DNA of 64,000 bases from Octopus sinensis (GCF_006345805.1 NC_043007.1:46004001-46068000); one strand, 5' to 3'. Shown: positions 27,558 through 42,948, counted from the first letter of the stretch. Numbers and translations: made by a program. The notes: a model not told the origin generated them from the letters alone.

Positions 27558-27859
27558 GGAGAGTGTGATAGAAGTGGCCGGTCTACGGGGTTGCCTTGGA
27601 TTTCTCATGGTCAATTATAGCGGTCAAAGGAGGCTAATCCCTTGTTTCTCACAGAGCAACGATGTCTTATCCTCCTCCATTCTCTAGAGAGGCTACTTGC
27701 CAGAGAGTCCAGCGGCAAAGGATTTTAGAGCCTGAACAAACGCTGTAAAACTAAGCACTTAATGGACGTGAAACCCAGAGTAACCCATAGACCGGTCATA
27801 TCTATCTTCTTATACTTTACTGGTCTAGAGTGTCTTTCTCTTTCTGATTTACCGAAGAA

Positions 27860-27908
<49 letters not shown>

Positions 27909-28320
27909 AGCGTGTGTACATAAGTGTACGTTCTTATGTGTGCACTTGTGTGTGCACTTGTGTGTGCACTTCTATGTGAATGCCACTGTGGTGAAGACCT
28001 GGGTGATGGAATAAAGAAAAGGGGAAAGAAGGAAAGAAAGAAAAGGAAACCTGAAAGGAGAAGAGGAAAGTGAGAAGGAGAAAAGAAAGTAGAAAGGAAA
28101 GGTGGGGAAAGAAAGAATGACAGAAAAGAGATCTTTTTTCTTCTTTTAGAGTGCTTTTATTATAATTTTATGGTCAGCACTTACATAGTTCTTCGAAGTT
28201 AATGACATTTCATGATGTCAATTTTGGTATTTTGAAGTCACTTATCTTTCTTCCTCTCTGTATATGCATGTGTGTAAGTATGTATGTGTCTAGTGAATGT
28301 TTGAGGATTTCGTCAGAGGG

Positions 28321-28356
<36 letters not shown>

Positions 28357-28649
28357 CATTCATCCACCAATCCAAATACACACCTACATATATATCATAT
28401 ATACAGTCGACGTTTGGAAAGGTGATTTGTAATAGCTTTAAGCAAGAATGCATGTCGTCGTGATTATAAGATATGAATGAAATCCAAAGGATCCAAATCG
28501 GATTTACAATGTAAACATACACTCGCCCCAAGTTCAGTTAATCTCATACAGAAATGATACGCTTGGAGAACGATAGAGTATTCAAGTACTACCTTTTGAT
28601 TATTTCACTCTAAACACATTTCCGACAAAAGTACAGTACTTGAATGCGT

Positions 28650-29140
28650 TAACTTTGTAAAATAGTGTCCATAACTTTTGCAATTTCAGTGGCTCTCTGC
28701 GTTTATTACTTTGCTTTAAATATTACCTTTTGCCTTTAGTTTCTTCTGTTGGGGGATATCCAAATTTATCGCCTTTGTAATATCAATTTTCGTATTTCTG
28801 TATTTTTAGGATGTCTTTGAGTTCGTTGCATTCAACGTATTTTCGGATCAGCTATCACTGCACAGAATCGTTTTACTGTACTGTATGGAATGTTCCTTTT
28901 GATGTGTAAAGGATGGCAAAAGTAGAAGTTCAGTTATTAAAGTATGTGGTTTTTATATATGTAAAATATACCAGTTGTGACTCTGGAATCGCGTATCTTT
29001 ACGAGAACGTCCACTGTAAACTGTAAGTCGTTAATTTGGTAGTTGTTGAAGAGTGTTGTAAATGTTATTAAATAGTTGTAGAGGCTATCTTCGTATGAAT
29101 TTATAATGATATAAGCGGCAAGGCTGTTCTAAGTGTGTGA
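28650..29140 (-). mobile_element. Penelope-like element, RT C-terminal fragment
   Basis: Minus frames DVLVKIRDSRVTTGIF..LNFYFCHPLHIKRNIPYSTVKRFCAVIADPKIR..NELKDILKIQKY match the PLE SCHPxHxKxNIPY motif. Confidence 0.72.
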
Positions 29141-29815
29141 TCTAGTCATGTATTTTAAAATCACATTTATACACGAATGACTAAGTCTTCAAATATGGGA
29201 TCATATGAAAAACACACAATCAATCATGGAAGACATATAAATTAAATATTCTTTCTCACAGCATTAACGTTGTATCTATTGCCGTCGAGATTGCAGTGTT
29301 AATGATGCATACCAAAATGACACTGGCATATATTCCTGGCACGCAAGTTTACGTGAATAGATCACTGCAGTACTCTACAGACCAACTTGTATTCAAAGCT
29401 TCGGATAGAATATTATATTACTATCTAACGCTTTAAAACATCGCATTTAACGTTTCCACTTGTTAGGGGAATTAACACTAAAACACGAATAATTATGAGT
29501 TATATATTAATACTTAGGGCTTTTAAAGATTTGCAGAGCAAGATCGTAAACTCTCTTAAATGTGCTCAAAACACACACAAACACATAGACGCACGCAAGT
29601 AAGTACACACGGCTACACGCACGCACGCGCGCACACATACAAACACACACATACAAACACACACACACGACACTGAATAGTGTTCATACTCTTCTAAGCA
29701 AATTGTTAATAATATAATTTATAATATATTTTCGTCATGAAGCGTTCAGTTCTAGCTCTATTCAGTGGAATTAGTAATCACAACAGCAACAACAACAACT
29801 ACTACTAATACTACA

Positions 29816-29879
<64 letters not shown>

Positions 29880-29880
<1 letters not shown>

Positions 29881-30033
29881 CAAAACCAGATGGTGCACAT
29901 TCTCCTACCCTGATGTAATCTCCAGGGATACAGGCATCCAGCAACAGGACCTCCGTAATGCCATGATGGAACGTGAAGTCTGGCGTAGCATGGTAAATTC
30001 CATTGTCTCGACCACGGTCGAACAATGATGATG

Positions 30034-30034
<1 letters not shown>
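29880..30034 (+). mobile_element. RTE-clade LINE extreme 3' end inserted in a (TAC)n tract
   Basis: FSYPDVISRDTGIQQQDLRNAMMEREVWRSMVNSIVSTTVEQ* followed by a TGA/TAC repeat tail; (TAC)n lies on both sides. Confidence 0.75.
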
Positions 30035-30067
<33 letters not shown>

Positions 30068-30995
30068 ACATCTGCGTTATTTTTATTATTGCTGTTGTTA
30101 TTTATACTTCTTTCAACTCTAGTATCATTTAAATTAATCTCAGCATCAGCAGGTTTTGTGTGTGTAATATTGTTCTTAAATGCGAGATGGTTATACTAGA
30201 TCCATATAAACCTGTAAATATTTGTGCATGTGTATATGTACATATATGCACATATAAATGTATGTGTAGCTGTCTGCATCTTCACTTTTCTCCGATTCAT
30301 GGCTTAAAATTAATAGGTAGCACGTATATCTTTCCAATTATTCCATAAGTAAATGCCCTGAGCAGTCTTTATAAAAGATACCTAATAAGTAATTAATTAA
30401 GTACATGAATCAATATTAAACTGATTCTATTAATGTTTTCTTGTTAATGTTTATAATTGATATATACACACATTTTATCTATTTTAGTTATGATATCATT
30501 TTTGAAAATCTTAAATTTTGTTTTTATACAGTATAACAAAATTTCTTCGGTATTAACATCTCAGGTTTCTTGGCGTCTTGCCCCTTTAACTGGTAATTAA
30601 CATCATGTTTTAAAGTCTTCCTCCACCCAGCCTCGCTTTATAGACAGTTACTTATATTCAACAGACTGCTCCTAATGCCTTCTTTCCTCCCTGAGGAAAA
30701 ATAATAGATATGATAATATTTATGACCATAGCTTACCATGAGGTGTCAACTCATCCTTGTCATTTATTCAAAATAGACACACTCTTTTAGTCTTAGATAT
30801 AGTAGTTAATAAAGAGATAAATGAATTAGAAATAAATTACTATCACTTACAACATCGTGACTCCCAATAGGCTTCATGTGATTCTTGGAAGTGTAGCCTA
30901 TTCTTAGTTACAATAGCGACAACACGAATTTCTTCCATCTACTTGTTCTATTAAAATATTTGAGAAAGAATTTATTTATTTGTGTAGCTGAAGAT

Positions 30996-31117
30996 GGCTG
31001 TCAGACAATTTCTGCGATCACATCACTCCTAATATGTGGCCACCTAACTCCGCAGACTGCAACGCCCTTGATTATTATGTGTGGGACGCAGCTGAGTGAG
31101 AGACCATCAAAACTCCT
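30996..31117 (+). mobile_element. Tc1/mariner-superfamily (maT-like) transposase fragment
   Basis: WLSDNFCDHITPNMWPPNSADCNALDYYVWDAAE is the WPPNSPDCNPxDYYVW motif. Confidence 0.75.
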
Positions 31118-31291
31118 TATTTTGGGGGATGGATGAGTGGATTACTTCGACCCCAGTGTCCAACTGGTATTGATTTTATCGACCCCGAAGGATGAAGAGT
31201 AAAGTAGACTTCGGCAGAATTTGAATTCAGAAAGTAACGACGAGAAAGTAACGACGAGCATTTCTTCCTGTGCGCTATCGATTAAGTCAGT
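31118..31291 (-). mobile_element. tRNA-derived SINE, family A
   Basis: TCGACCCCAGTG..AACTGGTA..TTTTATCGACCCCGAAGGATGAAG..GGCAGAATTTGAATTCAGAA. Confidence 0.8.
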
Positions 31292-31305
31292 TAACCGCCT
31301 TGATG

Positions 31306-32730
<1,425 letters not shown>

Positions 32731-35009
32731 ACCACGATGAATATGTTAATACAATCAATAAAAATAACAATCACAGTATAAATATGAAAATAAAATAGTA
32801 CACAAAAATATTTAAGACAAAATTAAAGTTCTACCACACTAACTAGAAAAAGAGTGTATTCAGTGCTGAACCTCACAAGCCGAAAAAGAGACAGAAGCAA
32901 AAGAACAGAAGAGATCCCAAAGTTGTGTTATCTTAATATAAATATTTAATTAAATATAATAATTCTTAATCTATTACCATAAGATGTTAGTTAACAAAAA
33001 TTATTTCTTGAACAACAATTGAAAGATCATTGGATCTGTTAGGTATTTCATAGCTAATCCTTCTCCTTCGTGGACAAGTTATGTTGAAATGCCAAATAAA
33101 TTGTAAGCTACTACCGTCATTACGATATTTCAAAGTAATTTAAGTGAAAAATCCCATCACTTATGTGCGACTATTTTACGTTAAACAATAACCTATTAAA
33201 AGATAAAATCGATTTTCGATAGTGAGTGACTTATTAGTGATGTCCAGGACGAATGCATATATATCTCAAGAGATATAAGTATTTGCAATAGTCAGTGATC
33301 TATTGAAGACACCCAGTATGAAGGAACGCATTTTAAAGGTCCAACTGCAAACTCAGTAAAAACACCCACTTTTGGAATTTTTCTTAACCATAATGTTCCA
33401 TTGCAACATTTCTTTTCAAGTTTAGAGAACATTGAGTCCAATAATTTTATTATAGTTTTATTCTCTGGTTTAACAATTTTAAGGAACTTTTAAATGTTTA
33501 TATTTCCATTATGAAATTGAAATTTTGGGGATAAATTACACTATCAAGTTCAAATATAGCTCATTTTTGTATTTTTCCCACGTTACCTGTATAAAATTGA
33601 CTCTAAAATGGAGGTTCGCGTTCATAGAGACAAACATATATAGATGCTTGCACTTTTACGCATTTTTATGCATGTAAAGTGGTATATAGCTCTTAAATCT
33701 GTTCAGGTTAGAAAACTAGAAATCGTATTGAAAAATATCAACTAGATGTGATTCTAAGGCGACAATTCATTTCTTTGTTTCGAATAGCGGAATATAATTG
33801 CTATACCTTATCAGAAAATGAAAATGGTAAAAAGTAAATGCATTATTTCATTGTTGAAAGTATAAATATAAATGAAATGTAAATAAAATTAATTTCCTAT
33901 TTTATGTCACATATAGCTGCCTAGAGCTAAACAAGCTTCCTAATTGCCATATTGTTTACACTATAGGAAAACTGAAATATAAAGTATTGCGAACGCAAGT
34001 TTCAAAAATATGTGAATGGAGTTTCTGTTATAAAGTTTTGATATTTTCTTCATTTACATGTATAAAGATTTTATAAACGCTACAAAAACTGTAACATTTT
34101 AATCACTCTGCAAACGCAGATTTACTTTGAAGTTAAATATTAAAATAAATATTTTGCTTATAATTGATTATATACCTTTTAAACAGCCTTTCATATTTAG
34201 CATAATATAGCCTTGCCTAAAATTTATTATAAAAGTGAAAAAGAAAAGAAAAGAAAATCCCACTCGACTTTTCTTTTGTTGCATTTTGATATCAATCGTT
34301 ACAAAAATAAATGCTATGAAAACTTCAGCTTAGTTGTAGACCTTAATTGAATAACTGAATTTATTAAGTTGTGTTTTTCATGTGGAACATTAATGCAAGC
34401 CGAATTACTGCAGTTATTGCCAACATCGGCGTAAAATTGTTTCTCTGTAACAATATATGTTCAATACCTGTTCACAAGCATACAAACAGGTGCACATGTA
34501 CAGCATATCTCTATATATACATACATGCATATATGTATATATACATAATGTATGTATCTTTGTATGTGTGTGTGTATGTGTGTGTGTGTATGTGTATGTG
34601 TGTGTGTATTATATGTGCATATCGCCTTACTGGCAGAGAAAGAAGAATATTGGGCAAAATATGTAGCACTACTAAATCTACCTCTCAGCGATTCGAGTTC
34701 AAATAAAATTCACAGACAACGGCAATTCGAGATTATTCAGAGCTGCCACAGAAATTTGTTAGTCTTGAATCGTCATTAATTAAGCAGAATTACAAAAGAC
34801 TTTTAAATAGCGGAGCGGAACAGGTAGTTTACAAATATTTCTATGTTAAACTTTCTACGTCCCACAAAAGAATACATTCACGTACACCCAGATGCAAACT
34901 TAAGTTAGATAAGTAAAAGCCTAATGCTTCAAACATGATGTTGGGATTAGTCAGCTGTAATATGTGAGAAATGTATATGTGTGGGTATATATGTATAACT
35001 GTATGTGTT

Positions 35010-35336
<327 letters not shown>

Positions 35337-35819
35337 GTGTCCCCTCTACCGAAAAGGTAATTATTTCTACGGCTGCTGCTATGTTGTCGTTGTTTTTGTC
35401 TCATTTGGTCTAAAGTCGTAAGACAACCACCGTTATATTTTGTTTAACCATTACCGTTTTCAATTTCGTTTCCGTCTCTCGTATTTACATCCGTCTCGTG
35501 CGTTTACATTCTTGTCTTCTACCAAGAAATTTAATGCTTACAGCTTAGTTTTTTTTCTTGGGGCTGGCCGAGTTGGAGCAAATATCAGAATTGAACAGCC
35601 GAAATTTGCTATCATGATTCGTTGTCTGACTGAATATTGAAGGCTTCGAATGATTTGTCTGTGTTCCGTGTTTGTCCCTTCCTGTATTTCACGTTCTTTA
35701 TATATAAAAACTTTATCCCTATATATATATATATATAACTATGTTTGTATATACACACTCACACACACATGTATATATGCGTCTATATATGTGTTTGAGT
35801 CTGTGTCTATTCCTCTCCA

Positions 35820-36024
35820 TGGCTTGGTGTAGGTTGTATTTCCGTAACTTAGCGGTCCACGTATTCTAGCGTTTTGGCAAAAGAGACACGTAAAATAAAT
35901 ACCAGTTTCCAAAAAATTATCAAATACTGGGGTCGATTCATTTGACCTGAAATTTCTTAAAAGCGATATTTATATCCACTGCCCCAGCATAACTACAGCC
36001 GCATGGCTGAAACGAGTAAAAGAT
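35820..36024 (+). mobile_element. SINE family B, 3' half
   Basis: CCGTAACTTAGCGG..GGCAAAAGAGAC..TACTGGGGTCGATTCATTTGAC..CCCCAGCAT..TGGCTGAAACGAGTAAAAGA. Confidence 0.7.
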
Positions 36025-36187
36025 TAAATCAATATATATATAAATCAATCAATGAAATTCTAAACTAGTCTGATTTTTTGCGTTTTATTATTTACAATCT
36101 TGCAATATTACAATATTATAATAATAAAATATACATTTATTGTCATAAAACTGGTACTTTCATGCGTTTTGCAATCATCAGGTTTAT

Positions 36188-36225
<38 letters not shown>

Positions 36226-37089
36226 CGTAGTAGTAGTAGTAGTGACAGTCGTTTTCCACCATTGACAACTTTAGTAAAGTGATTAAATCTGTCCTTCCGA
36301 AAGGCTCCAGCAGGTTGATTCTCACGAGCTGTATTTTTACCAATCAGTATGTTGCTTAGATGTCACGGTTTGGTGAGTGCGGCATCTAAGTTTTATTCCT
36401 ACTTCGACCAATCACTATGTGGTTTAGATGTCTCTTGTTTGGTGGATGTGCAAACTTGGGTTAACACTTATTCCGCTTTTTTCAACGAAACATTATAGCC
36501 AATTGGTGGGCACCTTAGACGTCAAGTTTTGATGGGCACATCAAGGTTTCTTTACTTTGATCGCAAACAATCTATGGGAAGAGTTTAAAACAAAAGTATT
36601 CCATGCTGCAAGTACTCCATTGGGATTTAAATCGCATAAGTCCAGTGACTGGTTTCATACAAATCACTAGAAATTCATTATCTGCTTTTAGAAAAAAACA
36701 AAATTTATGCAATATACATTTTTTCGCAGTCCTAGAATATCAACTTAAACGTAGATCACAGAAAGCTGAAAGGGAAAGTGCACACTGATCTAAGGAAAAT
36801 TAAACAGGAATGGTAGGATGGCAGGGTAAAAGGGGGTAAAAGAAGCAGCTCATAGAAGTGATATAAAGGGTGTGTACTTTTATGTTAAGGTGGTATATGG
36901 CCCCTAATCTTCTTCAATAGCGCCAGTGAGAACAGCAAATAGACGTTTACTTTTGACTGACACTGCTTCTATTCAAAAACTTTGGTTAGAACATTTCTCT
37001 GCACTTTTGAATAGACCACCAGCCGTTGACATGAAGATGATAAAAAAATCGAATAACTTTCAGCTATAGAGAATAGGACATTTGATACA

Positions 37090-37935
37090 ACTGTAAATGA
37101 CATATATTTAGCTGTAAATAAGCTGATTAACAATAAGCCTCCATGTCCTGATGCAATCTGTGCAGAGGTCTTGAATATGAGGGTGACAAAATATTACTCT
37201 TAAATATATTAAATTGTCACTGTTCGAGAACATAGTAGGTGTCTCAAGACTGGTTTGATGTTATTTTAGCCTCCTTGTATAAATCGACGCCAAAGGATCT
37301 GTGTGACAATTTCCGTGGGACTTGGCTTTTGTTTGTAATTGGAAAGGTACATGCCTCTATCATGTTAGAACGTTTAAATTCCTTCATAGTTCCAGATATA
37401 GCGTTTAATACTATCAATCGAAATGCTTTGTGGCTAATTCCAAGGCGAATAGCATGCCCATAAAAAATTGTAAATATGAACAGAGTTTTGCATCGAGATA
37501 TGAAAGCTAAAGTTAATTTTGGTGATAGGCTTTCTGAATCTTTTGCCGTGGAAAATGTGGTAAACCAAGGAGACCTTGATGCAGCGACCTCCTTTGAGAT
37601 ATAATTTGCTGCTGTGCAGTCACAAGTTTTTCAAAACTCCTAGGTGGGTATTTTTCATAAAATACCGAACAAAAGTGAATGACCAGGTTGAAAATCAAAA
37701 CGCGGGTTTTTACTTCACTCATTAAGGAACTCTTATACGCTAAAGATTGCGATCTAGTCAGTTACACTGAAACAGGCTTGAAATCTATTGTTTCTGCATT
37801 CGATTCAGCTTGTGATGATTCTGGCTTCACCAACAACTTGAAAAATACAGTTGTGATGTATCAACCTGCACATGGTACTGTTTGAAACCCCATTAAAATT
37901 TTTGTTATGGGTAAGTTACTTCAGGTTAACGCTTT
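37090..37935 (+). mobile_element. RTE-clade LINE reverse transcriptase fragment, internally deleted
   Basis: NNKPPCPDAICAEV..LYKSTPKDLCDNFRG..GKV..RLN [deletion] AFNTINRNALW..CP*KIVN..SESFAVENVVNQGD..IKELLYAKDCDL (decayed YADD)..KNTVVMYQP. Confidence 0.88.
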
Positions 37936-37969
37936 CATCTACGTTTGTACCAAATGATGGTACACGCTG

Positions 37970-38540
37970 ATGTAAGTGTGTTTGTGTTTGTGTGCGTAGT
38001 CTGTATGTGTGTGTGAGTGTGTGTTAAAGTCGCCCTGTGAGGTCAGCAAACTATAGTGACAGATGTATGTGTGTTTGCATGTGTGCGTAGATGGTAGGTC
38101 AGTAGTGAGTTAGAAGCAGAGACAGTCTGAAGAGAGTGCGAGAATGGGTGGGTGTGGTTGTGGGAATGGGGAGAAGTGGTTGTCTGTGTGCGTATGTGTT
38201 GGCATGTGGGCGTAGACGCAGTGGAATGTGTATATGTATGTGTGTGCACATGTGTATGGGTGCGTGTGTGTATCTCTCTGTATCACTGTATTTCTTGCTG
38301 TGTATATATGCGTGTGTGTGTGTCTGCGTGTGTTCGTGTGGGCATGTGTATATGTGAAGGATCTCTGAGTGCCGAGGATGTGTATATACGTGCCTATATA
38401 TATATATATATGTGCATGTACGTGCGTGTATATGTGCGCATGCGTATGTGCGTTGAGTCTGTGCGTGCGTGTGCACATGTGTATGGGTGCGTGTGTGTGT
38501 CTATCTATGTCACTGTCACACTCGCTGTGTATATATATTG
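37970..38540. repeat. Degenerate (TG)n-rich low-complexity block with an internal about 65-bp duplication
   Basis: GTGCACATGTGTATGGGTGCGTGTGTGT... occurs at about 38245 and about 38471. Confidence 0.7.
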
Positions 38541-38619
38541 TTTTTTTAATTATAAAAAATAAACGAATAAAAAAGATTGAATAAAATATTCTTTATAGAA
38601 ATGGGTGTGTAGGTAAAGT

Positions 38620-39560
38620 CACTGAGACGCGGGAATTGTGTTGAGTCCAAAAGGAGTTTGAGTACGAAGAGCGAAAATGGAACGCTGTTCCATTTGTTTA
38701 CAACGTGTTGGTTGATCCATGGTGTACTGCTAGCCGAAGACGGTGAGATCTGAGCTAGATTATTCGACCATGTGAAAATAACAGACGACGGAATTGTTCT
38801 TACGTAGACAAACATCTTGTAGGCGTTCGGTAAACAGGTCGCCTAGCCGGCGGCCCTTCTGACCAACCTAAGTTTTATTGCAAAGATTGAACCTAATGCA
38901 ATAAATGAGGCTTGAAGAAATGTAGGAATAGTTCCTAATGTAGATGTGTTGTTTGGATCCAGTGAGGGAGTTGGTGATTAAAAGGCATATGTGGCAACGG
39001 CGTCTGGAGCAAAAGAAGGATCCAGGGTGTGTTGGAATGTATGGGAGAAAGGAGTAGCGGACTAGTAGGTCGCGTAGGTTACGGGCTCGTTTGAAGGAGG
39101 GCAATTGTGGGTTGGAGAAAATAGAGAGGTTCATGGGACCTAGCTGGGGAGACGGAAGGTCCGAAGGAGTAGGGTGGAGGGGTAGAGTAGAGGGGTAGGG
39201 TGGAGTTTAGAAAGGAGGCGGAAAGGGATGTAATTGGGGATCGGTGTAGGGAAGGGGAGAGAGTGGTAGTGCGATCGAATTCACGGGCGCGAGTAAGGGC
39301 GGTTTGGACAGGGGTGTCCACGACTCATGAACAAGAGGGCCAGATATTGGGATGAGTGTTAAATTCTGGTCCCGGCTGCACAGGCGTCGGAAGCGGAGGA
39401 ACTAGGAGTAGGGGATGACCAGTTTGGTGTGAGAGGGATGGGAGGAGGAAAAGTTGAGGTAGAGGTGGGAGCCCGTGGGTTTAAAGAAAGTGGAGATGGT
39501 GAGAGAGTGGATGAGGGGATCAATGGAGTGAGGTAAAGTGGAAGTTTACGAAAGTATCAG
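38620..39560 (-). mobile_element. Penelope-like element: RT thumb, linker and GIY-YIG endonuclease
   Basis: KPTGSHLYLNFSSSHPSHTKLVIPYS..RFRRLCS; SFKRARNLRDLLVR..CSRRRCHIC; SSLIYCIRFNLCNKT*VGQKGRRLGDLFTE..MEQRSIFALRTQTPFGLN. Frameshifted. Confidence 0.9.
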
Positions 39561-41123
39561 AGATGAATAGAGTGTTTGAAGTGGTAAACAGACACTGCAA
39601 ATTAAGTAGTAGGAGGCAGTCAGAGCTTTGGATAATTTTAATGTGCTCTTCCGCTCGTTCAATCGGACTCTTCAAGATATGGAGAGTTGGTATTATTGAA
39701 GCTAGCCATGGGAATGTGTTTGTGAATTTAGGCTGGGATCATTTATGTGTCTACTGTAAATATCTGTAAATGCATTTAAGCAAAATGAGAGAAAGATGTA
39801 GGAGTGGTGTCAATTAAGAATATGTTAAGGGAAGGAGAGGGAGATAATGTTTCTGGTCGGTAGGGAAACATAGTTGTTCTAGGTTAGGTGTTGGTTTGTG
39901 TCTTCATTTTAAAATTGTAACAGCGCATATCGGCGCGTATTTATGTATGCTTAAGCGTTTGTATATTCTCAGGTACAGAAAGAGAGTGTGGGTCGATAAA
40001 CATGTTAGGATAAATATAAACATAAACATATAAATATAAACAAATAAAGGAATAAAAAAAACAAATGAGAAATATGAAACAAATAAATAAAATAGAATAA
40101 TGTAAAATTTATAAAGGCAGTCAAAAAGTTGTCAGTTATAGATAAATAGAAGAGTTGCAAGTGGTGGGGCAGAGGAGTAGTTAGGGAATGAAACGGAGGG
40201 GGAGAGGGCGCTGGCGTTTGTACCTTGTGAAAGTGTTGCATAATTTGTGTTTCGCAACAAAAAGTCAAAATATATCTTTCGTTCGAATATTTGGTGGATT
40301 GCATAATGGAGAAGACGTCTCCATTATTTGGTGGATTACATAATGGAGAAGGTTTGCATAATGGAGAAGATATCAACGGCAGAGGAAAGTGCGGTTTTTG
40401 TAATATGGAAAGATGGCTCATCTGAAAAATTCTCTTATACCCCACTACATGTCTAAATTCAAGTACTGAACTTTTGGTTTCATGTCCTTATATGGCAAAA
40501 TATTCCTCTGGATGCTGGCTTTATTGGGTAGAGGTGCTTTTTACCCCCCCCCCCCTATTTGAAAACTCTTGTGTCGCATAGCCAACTAGAAACGGTGTTT
40601 ATTAGGGGCTAAATAGCAGATGAATTCTTCCCTTTCCTGGGACTGCCACATTAAGATGGCAACAAATCATCACTTTATCGTGTTGCTAATGCATAACACC
40701 CTTTGAGAGATTTAGAATTGCAACATTTCCGATTTTGCAGATCAGTGAATTTATTTCACTTAAAATTCTATAAGTTTTCAACAGTGATTTAACGCCAACA
40801 GCTAGCAAGGCCAAACTACTCCAGATTGATGAAAGCAATTACACTGGAACTAGTCTCTAGATGCTGGCATTGTTGGGTGGAGGTACTTAACTCCCCTGTG
40901 TGAAAACTTACGAACACTTGTGTCGCGTATCCCACTAGAAACGGTGTTTCTCGCCACAATAAGTTGGCAACGAAACATCACTTAATATATATATGATTAA
41001 ATTATTAATTTGAAAGAAACACATTCCAAGGTCAATAGTACTCTTCAAAGCCAACATATATCTAAATACTGAGGGCTTATATATGCCATTATAGACATGC
41101 GAATACGTAACATACAATAACAT

Positions 41124-41156
<33 letters not shown>

Positions 41157-41305
41157 TTGGTGAAATAGAAAGATGAATAATCTTGTTGCAGATTAATCAA
41201 AAGTTTAACCGATACCTTGGTAGCAAAAATCACAGCAGAAGAAAGCACGGTTGGAGGTACAACCATATGGTGTTGCAACCGTGCGTTGCAATTAAAATTA
41301 AAATT

Positions 41306-41362
<57 letters not shown>

Positions 41363-41729
41363 AAGTGAAATTCCGTGCTCAAATCAAGGACGAATAAGCA
41401 ATTGCATATATACATACAGAAAAATTAAGAAGTCCAAGCTGATGAGATAACAATAATCCAAAAGGTAAGTCGTGAAATGAATCGAGAGAGTGAGCGAGAG
41501 AGAGATATAGAGAGAGAAAGAGCGAGAATCTTATGGCCGTTTCTGGGAAAGTGTGTAGAAGTGTATAGGTAAGACCTTTTGAACTTTGGTAATCCAGATT
41601 TCCTTCATCAAAGGACATGTAGGGATTTGGAAATTTTAAACACAAAAAGTTATTCGTTGGATTGTAAAAATATATTTAAGAATATACAGTAATTAAATAC
41701 AAGTATATATCTATATATATGTTTACATG

Positions 41730-41861
<132 letters not shown>

Positions 41862-41973
41862 CATACATATATATAGGCGCATTTACAGTCAGCAATAAGT
41901 GCAAAGCCGAGCCGAATACATATATATACACATATATACTTTTTTTCATTATTCACTTATGTATATTTAGGAT

Positions 41974-42024
<51 letters not shown>

Positions 42025-42053
42025 TTAATTATTTTATTGTTCTAGTCAATTTT

Positions 42054-42142
42054 TAACCTGATGAGCGACTATATTTATATGGAAGGGATTTCTCTACTAC
42101 TATAATCATTTCTTAAATATAGCCACGAAACACGTGTCGTTG
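42054..42142 (+). ncRNA. Minimal type I hammerhead ribozyme motif, intact core
   Basis: TAAC-CTGATGA-GCGACTATATTTA...TAAATATAGCCAC-GAAA-CACGTG-TC/GTTG. Helix II has 11 of 13 pairs, helix III is palindromic (ACACGTGT), the triplet is GUC, and helix I is 4 bp. Confidence 0.72.
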
Positions 42143-42492
42143 TTCTACCTATTATATACGTTTTTATCATTTTTTGCAATTTACTTAATCTTTGACATTT
42201 TATTGTTATTTTAATTTCAATTTTTCTATTATATGTAATTTTCTAGATGGTGTAATTTAATTGTTCATTTTTGAATTGGTAGAAGGTGTTTTTTTCTAAT
42301 TTTATATATATATTATATTGTGCGAAACTTGATTTATTATTTCTAAATTGAATTTTTCCTTGCAAGTTTGGATTTTATTCCCTCAAATAATAATTATACA
42401 TACACACATATATATGTATACTTATATATATATATATGTATATACTCGGACACGTGTATATGTGTGCATACACACACACACACACACACATA

Positions 42493-42523
<31 letters not shown>

Positions 42524-42589
42524 CCACACACACACACATACACATATATATATATATATATAATATATTATATATATATATATATATAT

Positions 42590-42948
42590 ATACTGTTTTA
42601 CCCGTTTCAGGCATTTGACGGCGGCCATGCTGGAGCACCACCTTTAGTCAAATGACCTGACCACAGGACTTATTATTTGTAAGCCTAGTACGTATTCTAT
42701 CGAACCTGTTGCCGAACCGTTAAGTTTTGTGGACGTAAACACACCAAAAGAAGACACACAAATACAGGCATATAAATATATATAAGACAGATTTATTTCA
42801 GTTTGCATCTCCTAAATCCACCCACCTGGCCTTGGTCACTCCGAAGCTACAGTATAAAACACATACCCAAGTTGTCACTCAGTGGAACTGAACCCGTAGC
42901 CATGTGGTTGGGAAGCAAGCGTCTTACCATACAGCTATGGCTGCGCCT
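42590..42948 (-). mobile_element. tRNA-derived SINE, family B
   Basis: GCGGCCATGCTGGAGCACCACC tail; head rc AGGCGCAGCCATAGCTGTATGGTAAGACGCTTGCTTCCCAACCACATGG. Confidence 0.88.

Noticed and set aside
28810-29025. Exon-like plus-strand segments with good acceptors (DVFEFVAFNVF..)
   Set aside because: They are the antisense of a clear Penelope fragment.
39130-39260. G-rich tract as a G-quadruplex
   Set aside because: Antisense of a Pro/Ser-rich PLE linker; loops are irregular and one is 9 nt.
41439-41490. CTGATGA followed later by GAAA
   Set aside because: Helix II is poor, there is no palindromic helix III and no helix I pairing.
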